Shown piece after piece: positions 53,441 through 64,000 of a DNA stretch of 64,000 bases. Position 1 is the stretch's first letter; every line of letters begins with the position of its first letter. A program made the position numbers and the translations under genes. The notes beneath the pieces are model-generated. The model did no database searches, had not been told where the DNA came from, and was given only the letters and a program-made list of their open reading frames with translations. Source of the DNA: Anolis carolinensis (taxonomy: Eukaryota); contig NC_085841.1 of the NCBI RefSeq assembly GCF_035594765.1, positions 150,583,574 through 150,647,573 of the forward strand, read 5' to 3'.

Positions 53441-54127
53441 ATCATCATCATTATTATCCTGATCCTAAACAGAACCTGGGAAAGTTTCTGTTTGGACGCA
53501 GGATCTCAGATCTGTGGCGCTGAGTTGATTCAAAACTTCCCTTCTGCACAGAAGAAGAAACTTAATCTTGATCTCTTCGATTTGCTCGCAGAAAGAACTG
53601 TGTTCTGGATTAAAACTCGGTTGCAGACAAATCGTTTCCCTCCTGCAAAGTTTGTTTCTCTGTTTTACATAAGTAGCAGGTGATGTCTTCAAAACGAAAA
53701 TCCTCGCCGCCTGGCCAGGTTTGTTTCTTGACTCTTTCTTTCCAGATTATTGAACAAATAAATAAACACAGTGTAATCCAATTTGAAAGGGAGAGCGTTA
53801 GACTGTGACCCTAAAACCAGGACTGGGATCCCCCCGGGCCATGTATAACCTTGTGAGGGTCACACTCTCTCAGCCTCAGAGGGAGGCAAAGGCAACCCTC
53901 CTCTGAACACATTTTGCCTCTGAAAACTGTGATAGGGAGGCTGGAAACGGCTTGAAGTGGCACAAGTCCAAAACTCGCAACAAATTCGGGATCAGTATTG
54001 TGGTTTGGATAGGAAGGCTTGAGAGATAAATCCTCACCTCCTCAAAGTAAATCTCGCCAAGTATGTCAGCTCTTACTCCTAGGTTTGTGCCAAACGCCAG
54101 AAGAAGGTTCAGATGGTTTCTCACTCA

Positions 54128-54250
54128 GGCCCCTTCTACACTGCCATATAAAATCCAGATTATTTGCTTTGAACTGGTTTAAATGGCAGTGTAGACTAAG
54201 ATAATCCAGTTCAAATTAGATAATATAGATTATCTGTTTTGATCATCTGA
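54128..54250. mobile_element. Harbinger-type MITE (others at 52033-52174, 54577-54729, 56346-56486, 58469-58618)
   Basis: ggccccttctacactgccatataaaatccag. Confidence 0.65.
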
Positions 54251-54729
54251 ATTAAGGGGCTTCAGGTGCCTCAAGGTGAATGCATTCCTTCGCGATCCCA
54301 TCCCAAAGCCTTTTATTTACGAACGTGCTGCAATCCACACTCACAATCCATTTCCTAAAGACTTAAGACTGAGTTCTCGTGCAGCTACTTAGGAGTAAAC
54401 CCCACGGAACCCAGGAGAAGTGTCTCTGCAGTAAACACGATGAAGAAAACGCCTCTCAAAAAGGAAATGGGTGCAGGTTGTCTTTCAACACGCACGCCAA
54501 CGGGATTGCATTGCTCCCTTCCGTTTTGGTGGGAAAGGGAAAGCGTTTTCCAACAAAAGGAAGGAGGGGAGACTGAGGGCCCTTCCACACAGCCCAAGAG
54601 CCCAGCATATCAAGGCAGAGAATCCCCCCAAGATCTGCTTTGAACTGGGTGATCTGAGTCCACACTGCCATATATCCCAGTACAAAGCCGATAATCTGGA
54701 TTTTATATGTATGCAGTGTAGAAGGGGTC

Positions 54730-55130
54730 AGAGAGAGGAGAAAAGAAAGAGGGAGGAAAAGAGAGAGAAAGATGAGGGGAAAGAAAAAGAAAGAAGGAAG
54801 GAACCAGAAAAAGAGGGGGGAAGGAAGGAAGGAAGTAAAGAAAGAGGAAGGAATGAGGAAAGAAAAAGGTGGTANNNNNNNNNNNNNNNNNNNNNNNNNN
54901 NNNNNNNNNNNNNNNNNNNNNNNNNNNNNNNNNNNNNNNNNNNNNNNNNNNNNNNNNNNNNNNNNNNNNNNNNNNNNNNNNNNNNNNNNNNNNNNNNNNN
55001 NNNNNNNNNNNNNNNNNNNNNNAAGGAAAGAAGGAGGACAGAAATAAGGAAGGAAGGAAGGAAGGAAGGAAGGAAAGAAGGAAGGAAGGAAGGAAGACGG
55101 AAAGAAGAAGGAACGAGGAAAAAGAGGGGA

Positions 55131-55178
<48 letters not shown>

Positions 55179-55545
55179 GAAAAGATGAGGAAGGGAGGGG
55201 GAAAGGGCGGGAAGAAGGAAGGAAAGAAAGAGGAAGAAATGAGGAAAGAGAAACGGGGTAGGGAGGAAGAGAAGGAAGGAGGGAAAAGTGAAGTGAAGTG
55301 AAGAAAGAAAGGAAGGAAGGAAGGGGTGGAGAGAGAGNNNNNNNNNNNNNNNNNNNNNNNNNNNNNNNNNNNNNNNNNNNNNNNNNNNNNNNNNNNNNNN
55401 NNNNNNNNNNNNNNNNNNNNNNNNNNNNNNNNNNNNNNNNNNNNNNNNNNNNNNNNNNNNNNNNNNNNNNNNNNNNNNNNNNNNNNNNNNNNAACGAAAG
55501 TGAGATAGAGGGAGGGAAGTACAAAAGAGGAAGGGAGGGAGGGCG
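54730..55545. repeat. Purine-rich (GAAA/GGAA) low-complexity tract with assembly gaps 54875-55022 and 55338-55492
   Basis: Direct reading; N runs. Confidence 0.95.
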
Positions 55546-56744
55546 GGAGCCAGCAAAAAAGTTTGAAATACCGTCTACAGAAGCCTCACGAAAGGACTCC
55601 GAGACGCTCTTTCAAGCGTCTGAATTCCTCTGAATCGCGGAGTCTCCCTGGCGTTTCTCCTCCTTCTCCTCGAGTTTTAAGAAACAGGGCGCTTAAAACA
55701 CCAGGACGAAGCAGCCCGGTCTCGGGAGGGAAGAGGTGGGTCTTGAGGCCTGGTCAAAGGGGCTGGCCCGCCTCCAAGGTCGCTTCTACACCGGAGAATG
55801 AATGCGGTTTGGGTTTGAGACAACCAGGGAAGCATCCATGGGGATCGTCCTTTTGCAAGTCTCCTCTCCCCAAGAAGCGTGGGCCTCACCAAACGACACC
55901 CCCTTCCAGGGTCCCGTGGAAGCTCAAGTGGTGTCAAACGGCATTCATGCCCCCCCCCCCAAAGTCCCCCCACTGACACTTTCGCTCCGCACAAGCGATA
56001 CAAGTCTCGGGAGGTCAGCACGGACCCCCCCCCCTTCCCCCTCCATCTCCTCTCCCCCCCCCCCTCCCTCCCTCGGCGTCACTCCACCTTTCCATTCTGC
56101 TTCATGTCAACAGATCCTTATCAGCGTTTCTTGCTTTAATGAGGAGCGCCTGGGAGTTGTCAGACACCTCTCCTCAGCCTCCCCCCAGCCCTGCGCCATT
56201 TGCTAAGGCAGTAAACCATCGCAAAGGAGAGCGGGTGGAGGGAGAAATTAAATTAGCCCTTGAGAGATAGAGGGGGAACTACAGGAGCCAGGGCGCGCCC
56301 GCTCCTCCTCTAGATTCAGCCGCAAATAGCTTGCTTTCCCGCCCAGGGCCCTTCCACACAGCCCTATAACCCAGAATATCAAGGCAGGATATCCCACCAT
56401 ATCTGCTTTGAACTGAGTCCACGCTGCCATCTATCCCAGTTCAAAGCAGATAATTTGGGATTTGATTCAGCTGTGTGGAAGAGGTCCCATTCTTGAGCCT
56501 CGAAAGAAAAAGCAAGTAACCATCTGTAGAATCCAGAGCCTTGTTGGTCTCTAGAGATATATACCTCCAGATGCAGAAGGACCTTGAAGCTCTTCAGGCC
56601 CAAGATTTGGCCCTTCTTGTCAAACCTAAAAGGGACATTTTATTAGAGAGGCAGGATGGAGAATGAACGCAGCTTGAGTTGGCACCACTATCACTGCTAT
56701 GGAAACCTAGGAGTTGTAACAATAGGTAACAATAGAGAAAGACC

Positions 56745-57295
56745 TTGTAAATTATTTGAGAATACAGATAATATTGGACCACTTGAACAACCACCAGGTC
56801 AGGCTACACAGAGAAGCCATGGAAATCCACAAGTATGTGGACCATGTCAACAGAAAGGAGGAAACCAGGAAAATGAACACAATCGGGCTACCAGTATTTT
56901 TAAAAACTCTCTAAAATCAGGACAGTAAATAAAGAATAACACTCAAAAACTGGGGAATTCCAGGCATGAAACAATCAGGGACAGCTAACACCTCCCAACA
57001 AAGGATTCTCTTAGGCAGAAAGCAGCCAGGCCTTGAAACGGCAAGGCTATTCAATGCTGATCAAGGTGATTAATTGCAGCATTCACATTTGCTTCCAACA
57101 GACAAGAGTTCTTTCTCCAACCCTGGACCTTCTACAGATACATAAACCTCCCTTGCTTAGTTTCCAACAGACCTCACAGCCTCTGAGGATGCCTGCCATA
57201 GATGCAGGCGAAACGTCAGGAGAGAATGCTTCTGAAATATGGCCATACAGCCCGGGAAACTCACAGCAACCCAGTGATCCCGCCGTCCACAACAC
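56745..57295 (+). mobile_element. Penelope-like element 3' part
   Basis: Endonuclease tail (ttatttgagaatacagataatattggaccac...cagagaagccatggaaatccacaag) plus full pseudo-LTR. Confidence 0.82.
57173..57224 (+). ncRNA. Minimal hammerhead ribozyme, intact, perfect stem II
   Basis: cct CTGAGGA t gcctgc catagat gcaggc GAAAC GTC|aggagag; cut after 57217. Confidence 0.82.
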
Positions 57296-58063
57296 TTATG
57301 TTTGCTGTGTGTCTTCAAGTTGGTTTCCGACTTTCCGGTTTCAATGGGGTTTTCCTCATAATTATTTGTTCAGAAGAGGAAAGCGTTTACCTCCCGTTGA
57401 GGCTGAGAGAGTGTGAATTGGCAAAGGCATGAGTTTTTGATATGCTTGGCAGTGAAGTCGGGTTGAGCGAGATCCAATTCACTTCGGATGGAAGCTGCTC
57501 TATGCCCCGCTATCAGGGAAGTTAGACCCAAACAATATGCAGAGTTATCATCTACCTGAGTTTCAACGGACCCCACACTGCGGCCTTCCTGGTGTAATGG
57601 TTTGAGCGTTCGACTCAGGCTCAGGAAAACAAGGTTCGATTCCCTGCTGAGCCCTGAATCCGTAAGACAAGTTAATTCTCTCACACCAGAAGCGACGACG
57701 TGTAGTATGTTCTGCAGTCTCTTCTGACACGATAAACATAAAGTAGGAAAGCTCTGCTTCAATTCAACCCATCTTTTCGTCCATCTGCTCAGGATGTTTT
57801 ACTAGGTCTTTCTCCGTCTCTGCCAAAGAGGGCTGGGGCCTCACCGAAGTACAACTCCCAGGACTTCGTAGTATTGAGCCACAGCAGGTCAAGTGGAGCC
57901 AAACTGCATTCATTCTACGGTGCAGATGCATCCAACCGTTCAAATCCCTACTCCACCAAGTCACAGTCAATCAGCCTCAGGAAAAGGCAGCATGCAGATA
58001 AACTTTGGCTAGCGTAAAATATAAGTCAGGCTCGAGTTGAAAGCATCTAGCGACAATACATTT

Positions 58064-58250
58064 CTTGGGTTGCTGTGAGTTTTCCGGGCTGTATCGCCAT
58101 GTTCCAGAAGCATTCTCTCCTGACGTTTCGCCCACATCTATTATTATTTTAAAAACTCTAAAATCGGGACAGTAAATAAAAATCAACATTCAAAAACAGG
58201 GGAATTCCAAGAATGAAATAATCAAGGCCAGCTAACACCTCCTAACAAAG
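58064..58250. mobile_element. Penelope-like fragments (inverted junction)
   Basis: Minus terminus joined to a plus internal piece. Confidence 0.7.
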
Positions 58251-59209
58251 AAGTTACAAAAAAGCACCTGCAGCTTGCAATAACACTATATAACAAAATT
58301 TGGAAAAAAAATCTGTTCCTTGTTGGAAAGTGTTATTTCCTGTTTAATTATGAGGTACTCACTTTGGAAGTAGTTGTCATACTCCAGAAACTTCGCTTTG
58401 GTGGCTGCCACAAACTATGCTGAATGGGTTGAGACTCTGTGAGATATTCATTGAAAAACTAGAGCAAAGGGCCCTTCCACACAGCCCTATAACCCAAAAT
58501 ATCAAGGCAGAAAACCTCACAATATCTGCTTTTATCTGGGGTCGCTCAGTCCACACTGCCATGTATTCCAGTTCAAAGCAGAAAATGTGGGATTTTATTC
58601 AGCTGTGTGGAAGGGGCTAAAAAGGGCTGCAAAACCAAAGTTTTTGTAGTTTAATAAACTTGCCCCATGTTTTATGATAGAAGCAATTAGGAAATGCCAT
58701 GTATAACCCAGGAGGAACAAAAAATACATTGTATGGTGTAATCTGCACATAGAAACCACTTTCTTCAATACGGTTTGGAACTGCATTAAAAGGTCAGTCT
58801 AGATGGGGCCTCAATCAAAGAAGAGCTCCAGCTGCTTCTTGGGGCACATCTACATGAAGTTTACCATAAAGGAACTGATGTGAGGTAAGGCAGGACAAGG
58901 CCAGCTTAAGGATTTCTTGACATGCATTAAGCATAACTGGATAGTCAGAATTCTGTGTCAGAATTCAAAGCAACCTCCTACTTTGCATCCTATGGTCAGC
59001 AGAGTCCATTATCAAAACAGTTCACAATCTGCAATGTATTGATGTATTGCCCCTATACCAAGGAGTCTTTCCCGGCCCCCTTGTGGCTGCTTTTAGATTG
59101 GGTAAAAAAGTGGAATTCTTTTTCTAATTTTATAGCCAACTTGTGGTTTGGAAGTGGAGGATTAATTTTTTTTTTACAGCCGAACAACAACAACAAACAA
59201 AATCGTTTC

Positions 59210-59683
59210 CTGGGTTGCTGTGAGTTTTCCATGCTGTATGGCCATGTTCCAGAAGCATTCTCTCCTGACGTTTCACCCACACCTATGGCAGGCATCCTCT
59301 AAAATCAGGACAGTCAATAACTCAAAAACAAGTGAATTCCAGAGAAGAAACAACCAGGGCCAGCTAATCAACTCCCAACAAAGGATTCCCCAGGCAGGAA
59401 GCAGCCAGACCTTGAAGCTGAAAGGCAATTCAATGCTAATCAAGCTCTTCAGTTGCAACATTCACACTTGCCTCCAACAGACAAGAGTTATTTCTCCCAC
59501 CTTGGACTTTCCATAGATATATAAACCTCCCTTGCCTAGTTTCCAACAGACCTCACAACCTCTGAGGATGCCTGCCATAGATATGGGTGAAACGTCAGGA
59601 GAGAATGCTTCTGGAACGTGGTCATTCAATCCGGAAAACTCACAGCAATCCAGTGATTCCATCATGAAAGTCTGCGACAACAC
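59210..59683. mobile_element. Penelope-like inverted insertion with TSD-like flanks
   Basis: Short minus piece plus long plus piece; flanks aaaatcgtttcct / aaaatcttttcct. Confidence 0.8.
59552..59603 (+). ncRNA. Minimal hammerhead ribozyme, core intact, weakened stem II
   Basis: CTGAGGA tgcctgc catagat atgggt GAAAC GTC|aggagag. Confidence 0.65.
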
Positions 59684-59694
59684 AAAATCTTTTC

Positions 59695-59938
59695 CTGTTG
59701 CCTTGTTTTTCAGGGGGTTATTTGGGGCGTCGATTCAGGAAATTGCACTGGATAGACTGCTCTGGTTACCATGGTTTCCTATGGGCGAACAAATCGCGAA
59801 GGATACATAGCATATTTTCTGTATCTCAAAAACTAGAGCCGAGAGTGGGAAATCGGTGCCATTTTTGAAATCGGCAGGTTCAATACACCCAGAAACAGGG
59901 CCAGCATTTGAGGCTCCAAAATGTGTGTTGGCCCAGTG
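59695..59938. mobile_element. Chapaev-like DNA transposon end (possible relatives at 11700-12030, 58283-58465, 61475-61775, 62255-62345)
   Basis: Ends ...gtgttggcccagtg; shared tgcagttttctgaatc(g/a)gtg motifs; family name from recall only. Confidence 0.35.
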
Positions 59939-60084
59939 TTATCCACTTGCCTTGTGCCTTCTTATTTTTAAGGGGCGAAAGTTAGAGTCGGAAATCATAC
60001 ATATCGCATTCATGGACCATCCTCCAACCCCGAAACACACCCCCAACTCCCCCAGTCGTTCTCTGGCTTACATTACTTCGATGG

Positions 60085-60653
60085 ACTTTGCCTGCATCTA
60101 TGGCTGGCATCCTCATAGGTGTGAGGTCTGCTGAAAACTAGGCAAGAGGGGTTTATATATCTGTGGAAAGTCCAGAGTCCAGAAAAATCTCTTGTCCGTT
60201 GGAGGCAAGTGTAAATTTACAATGGAGGAAACAATTGAAATGAACAAAATCTGGCTACTAATATTTTAAAAACTCTAAAAGCAGGACAGTAAATAAAAAA
60301 CAACACTCAGAAAATTGGGGAATTCCAGACATGAAACAATCAGGGCCAGCTAACACCTCTCAACAAAGGATTCGCTCAGGTAGGAATCAGCCAGGCCTTG
60401 AAGCTGCAAGGCTTTTCAATGCTAATCAAGCCGACCAGTTGCTACATTCACACTTGCCTCAGACAATAGTTCTTTCTCCCACCCTGGACTAAGCCCCACT
60501 TGCCTAGTTTCCAACAAACCTCACAACTTCTGAGGATGCCTGCCATAGATGCGGGCGAAACGTCAGGAGAGAATGCTTCTGGAACATAGCCATACAATCC
60601 GGAAAACTTACAACAACCCAGTGATTCCGGACATGAAAACCTTGGACAACACA
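60085..60653. mobile_element. Penelope-like inverted insertion
   Basis: Minus piece ~60085-60220, plus piece ~60220-60653 with an intact hammerhead. Confidence 0.8.
60520..60571 (+). ncRNA. Minimal hammerhead ribozyme, intact
   Basis: ctt CTGAGGA tgcctgc catagat gcgggc GAAAC GTC|aggagag; cut after 60564. Confidence 0.8.
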
Positions 60654-60944
60654 AAGAAATAGATGCTTAAAACTTAAAACGGAGAAGGAGCGTCAGGAGT
60701 TCTAATGGGTAGAGGGAGTTGTGGGTTATTTTCTATAATTACTCCGGAGTAAATTCTGTTGAACCGAAGGGGAGCTTTACATCCAAATAAATCTGGAGCG
60801 GTTTATCCCAGCAAGTCCTGAACTTCAGGCAAATCCTCTGAAACGCCTCCCGTTCAGTACCTTATACCTGAAGTATTCTTCTGAAGAGGAATAATAATGA
60901 TGATGATAATGATAATAATAATAATACTCAACCTCAAAAAGCCT

Positions 60945-61472
60945 GACTTGGCTTCGGTGGTCCACGCCTTAGTCACATCTAGAATGGACTACTGCAGTGC
61001 ACTCTACTGGGGCTGCCTTTGAAGACAGCCCGGAAACTGCGGTTCATGCAAAGGTCTGCAGCCAGGTGATTAGCTGGAGTTGGTTATAGGGAGCATATCA
61101 TACTCCTACTAAAGCAGCTCCACTGGCTGCAAAGCCTTCAGCACACAATGGAAGACATGGCTTTTTCCGACAAGCCTTTGACCACATTTATATTCTTTAG
61201 AAATATATATGAGGATCTTCAGATTCTTTATCAAGCACTTTACAAGACTGAGATCGATTACTGTTGTTCTTACCTGCAGCAATCGCTGTATTGTACTGTT
61301 TTTAATCAGGGGGCACGGTGAAGTTGTGATGTTTATGTTGGCTACTTATCGTTTCCTATTGTTTTTGTTTGGACTTTTTGTATTTTGCATTTTGCACCTT
61401 GAGTGATTTGTGAGCCGCCCCCAGTCCCTCTGGCAGATGGTGGTGGGGTATAAAGTTTATTCTTATTATTAT
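60945..61472 (+). mobile_element. L2 LINE fragments (ORF2 piece and 3' tail)
   Basis: VVHALVTSRMDYC...LPLKTARKL...LLKQLHWL; tail gtgagccgccccagtcc...(tta)n. Confidence 0.75.
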
Positions 61473-61547
61473 TTTGGTGCATCAAATGTTAGACCTGGAT
61501 ATATTTGACCCAGGGGTTTCCCCTTCTTAGCTCTAGCTTTGGAGAGA

Positions 61548-61640
61548 CAGAATCATACAATCATAGAGTTGGAAGAGTCCACGCGGGCCATCTAGTCCAA
61601 CCCCCTGCCATGCAGGATAACTCCCAGAGCATATCCAATC
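61548..61640 (-). mobile_element. CR1 LINE 3' terminus
   Basis: agaatcatacaatcatagagttggaagag...gccatctagtccaacccc (octamer tail). Confidence 0.7.
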
Positions 61641-61844
61641 TACTAGTCTGTTTACATCACCCAGATAAAACCGTGATAAAATTACCCTAGTATCTAAGGA
61701 AAGAGGGAGATGATGCCGTCTACATCCAATGCAGTTTTCTGAATCGGTGTCCCAAATAACAGGCCTAAAAATCAAGAAAGGATTTGCAAGTCGGGTGTTG
61801 AAATCGTTCTAAATAATTTTGCATGAAGAGCACTGGGAAAAAAG

Positions 61845-62050
61845 GTAGGGGGTTCGAATCCGGGGAGTGGGATGAGCTCCTGTCTGTCAACTCCAGCTTC
61901 TCATGCAGGGACATGAGAGAAGCTTCCCACAGGATGGTAAAACATCAAACATCCTGGTGTCCCCTTGGCAAGATCCTCGCAGACAGACAATTCTCTCACA
62001 CCAGAAGCAGACTTGCAGTTTCTCAAGTCGCTCCTGACACGGAAAAAAAA
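61845..62050 (+). mobile_element. Anolis SINE2-like, 5'-truncated
   Basis: ggttcgaatccgggg...caagtcgctcctgacacgg(A)n. Confidence 0.75.
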
Positions 62051-62579
62051 CCCTTAGAAAACCAAGATAACATAACCCTATCTCACTGCCTCACCACACC
62101 AGAGCATGGAACCTCTTTAAATCCGGTTTCTGCCTACTGCAGAATTCTGGGCTTTGTAGTTTGGTGGGGCCCAGGACCTGTCTGGCTGAGCTGTTTAAAG
62201 CCCCCTCCCTAAAGTGGATTTAAAGTGGATGTAAAGTGGATCCAAGGTCTAGTGGAGAGCTGATGCGGTTTATATCCAATGCAGTTTTCTCAATCAGTGC
62301 CTCAAATAACAGGCCTGAAAACCAAGCCAACAAGAAAAGAAAATGGTTCTAAATAACACTCAGGAAGTGCCAAGGAAAAGCCCTTAATGCGCACCAGTGC
62401 TTTCCGATTCGTATCAGCCCCATCCGGGCCTCCCAATTGGATCCAGGATCCTCTGTAGAGCGAAACAGGTTGGAAACTGCATTCAATGGGGAAATGTTGC
62501 TTAGCCGGGCCTCCCCAAAGCTTTTCTGTATTATAAGGGTCTATATTGACCCTGATAGTGCAGCGCAGACTACATGAGA

Positions 62580-62936
62580 TTTTTTTTTTCTCGTTCAGGA
62601 GCGACTTGAGAAACTGCAAGTCTGCAAGTCGCTTCTGGTGTGAGAGAATTGGCTGTCTGCAAGGACGTTGCCCAGGGGACTCCCGCATGCTTCGATGTTT
62701 TACCATCCTATGGGAGGCTTCTCTCACGTCCCCGCATGGGGGATCCAGGTCCTGCAGGGACAAGGATTTAATCCAGGCATGGGCAAACTTGGGCCCTCCG
62801 GGTGTTTTGGACTTCAACTCCCACCATTCCTAACAGGCGGTCGGCTGTTAGGAATGGTGGGAGTTGAAATCCAAAACACCTGGAGAGCCCAAGTTTGCCC
62901 ATGCCTGGTTTAACTCATTGCGCCACCGGGGACTTC
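62580..62936 (-). mobile_element. Anolis SINE2-like element hosting a hAT MITE
   Basis: Tail at 62580, head at 62908-62936. Confidence 0.7.
62774..62907. mobile_element. hAT MITE
   Basis: TIR CAGGCATGGGCAAACTT, near-perfect palindrome; degenerate 8-bp TSD atttaatc/gtttaact. Confidence 0.8.
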
Positions 62937-62937
62937 A

Positions 62938-63480
62938 CGACATTAGATGGCAGCGTAAAATTTTAGCTGCTCTTGATTTGGCTCCAACTGTCTTTCCTGG
63001 TGGAAACGGAGCGGAGCCTCTACCTGCGTTTTTCGGGAAGCGAGGAAAAGGCGGGTTTTCCCGAACGACGTGGCTCTAATTGAGCGGAAACGAGTTAAAT
63101 GCGTCCCTTCGCGAGGGGCTTGAAGGAGGCCAGCCTTTGCAGAGCTGGGCTTGGGAAGGAAGAAAGAAGAGTGGGTCGGGATTATTTCTAAAAAATCAAA
63201 ACATCTCCTGGTGTCGCGCAATCAGGGTTGACAAGTCTGAGCGGGGGGCGGGGGGGGGGGCTATCCCGTGTTTGCCCACACGAAGGCTCAAGACTATAGG
63301 ACCCTGGGAGTTGCAGTTTCCCAAGGGTGTTTCCGTAGCCTTCCCTGTCCAAAGGACAACTCCAAGGATTCCTTGGAGGATGGGATCGCAAGACTCAAAA
63401 GGCGCCCGCCGAAGAGAGTCAGAGAGTCTGGCTTTCGCTACTTAAAGGAACAAAAACAAAACCAATAGTCGGTTGCAACG
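62938..63480. promoter_or_regulatory. Second CpG-rich unique block upstream of OSR1
   Basis: Dense CpGs (e.g. ccgaacgacgtgg, cttcgcgagg, ggcgcccgccg); CTCF-like motif at 62940-62953. Confidence 0.4.
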
Positions 63481-63519
63481 AATTTACACAAACACTGAGC
63501 TTTATTCATTTCCTAGTGA

Positions 63520-63769
63520 AGGGAAAAGTTTTCCCCTGACGTTAAGTCTAGTCCTGTCTGACTCTGGAGGTTGGTGCTCATCTCCATTTCTAAGCAGAAG
63601 AGCAGTACCTATTCATGTACTATCATTTGCATGTTTTCGAACTGCTAGGTTTGCAGACGCTGGGGCTAACAGCGGGAGCCCACCCCGCTCTCCACATTCT
63701 AACCCCCGACCTTTCAGTCAGCAAGTTCAGCAGCTCAGCGGCTTAACCCGCTGCGCCATCGGGGGCTCC
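63520..63769 (-). mobile_element. Sauria SINE (internal deletion)
   Basis: Same family as 34128 and 41112. Confidence 0.8.
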
Positions 63770-64000
63770 TCTATTTCTGTATTTTTTTCTATGTGGCGCT
63801 AAACTCACTTCAAGGCGCCCCTCTGAGAATGGCTCATTCCCTCTCTCTCTCGTTCTTCCATCTTTCTCCCTCCCCCTTCTTCCTTCTTTCCCTTTTTTCT
63901 TCCACTCGTGGCAGTTTGAATCCGCACCAGTGTAGACCCTTATAATGCGGACTCAAACTGCCCCTGCCATTATATGGCAGATTGGCAGTCTCTACCCATC

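Larger units (their letters stand above)
49500..56345 (-). promoter_or_regulatory. CpG-rich OSR1 5' regulatory domain (promoter/exon 1/intron 1), fragmented by TEs
   Basis: CpG-retaining unique blocks at ~49500-50100, 51600-52010, 53460-53760, 53960-54560 and 55560-56345. Candidate minus-strand donors GAG|GTGAGG (GT 54037-54036) and ATT|GTGAGT (GT 54344-54343). Confidence 0.55.

Noticed and set aside
54456-55633. Long F/L/S/P- and K/E/R-rich ORFs
   Set aside because: Low-complexity tract plus N gaps.

Overview
Vertebrate genomic DNA, most likely a squamate reptile such as Anolis; this is inferred from the Sauria SINE, BovB, Vingi and Penelope repeat content. There is one protein-coding gene, OSR1 (odd-skipped-related 1), on the minus strand. 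Its coding exons 45925-45279 and 39553-39418 splice GT-AG to give a 260-aa protein with an eh1-like motif and three C2H2 fingers. The 3'UTR is ~1 kb with AATAAA at 38441-38436. A non-coding first exon must lie upstream in a CpG-rich domain (~49.5-64 kb) but was not located. Positions 1-38 kb are gene-poor downstream sequence with old TEs and several enhancer-like blocks. The main hidden signal is a cluster of Penelope-like retroelement remnants in the 5' domain of OSR1 carrying at least six minimal type-I hammerhead ribozymes with intact cores. Two of them are in sense orientation in the probable first intron. These copies keep their CpGs, whereas downstream copies of the same family have decayed. 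Penelope hammerheads are a known class; only their arrangement at this locus could be new. Other notes: a possible vestigial splice donor and relic of zinc fingers 4-5, a BovB dimer inside a single TSD, several nested insertions and a long intronic hairpin. Repeat family names are from recall, not database searches, and most repeat boundaries are approximate.
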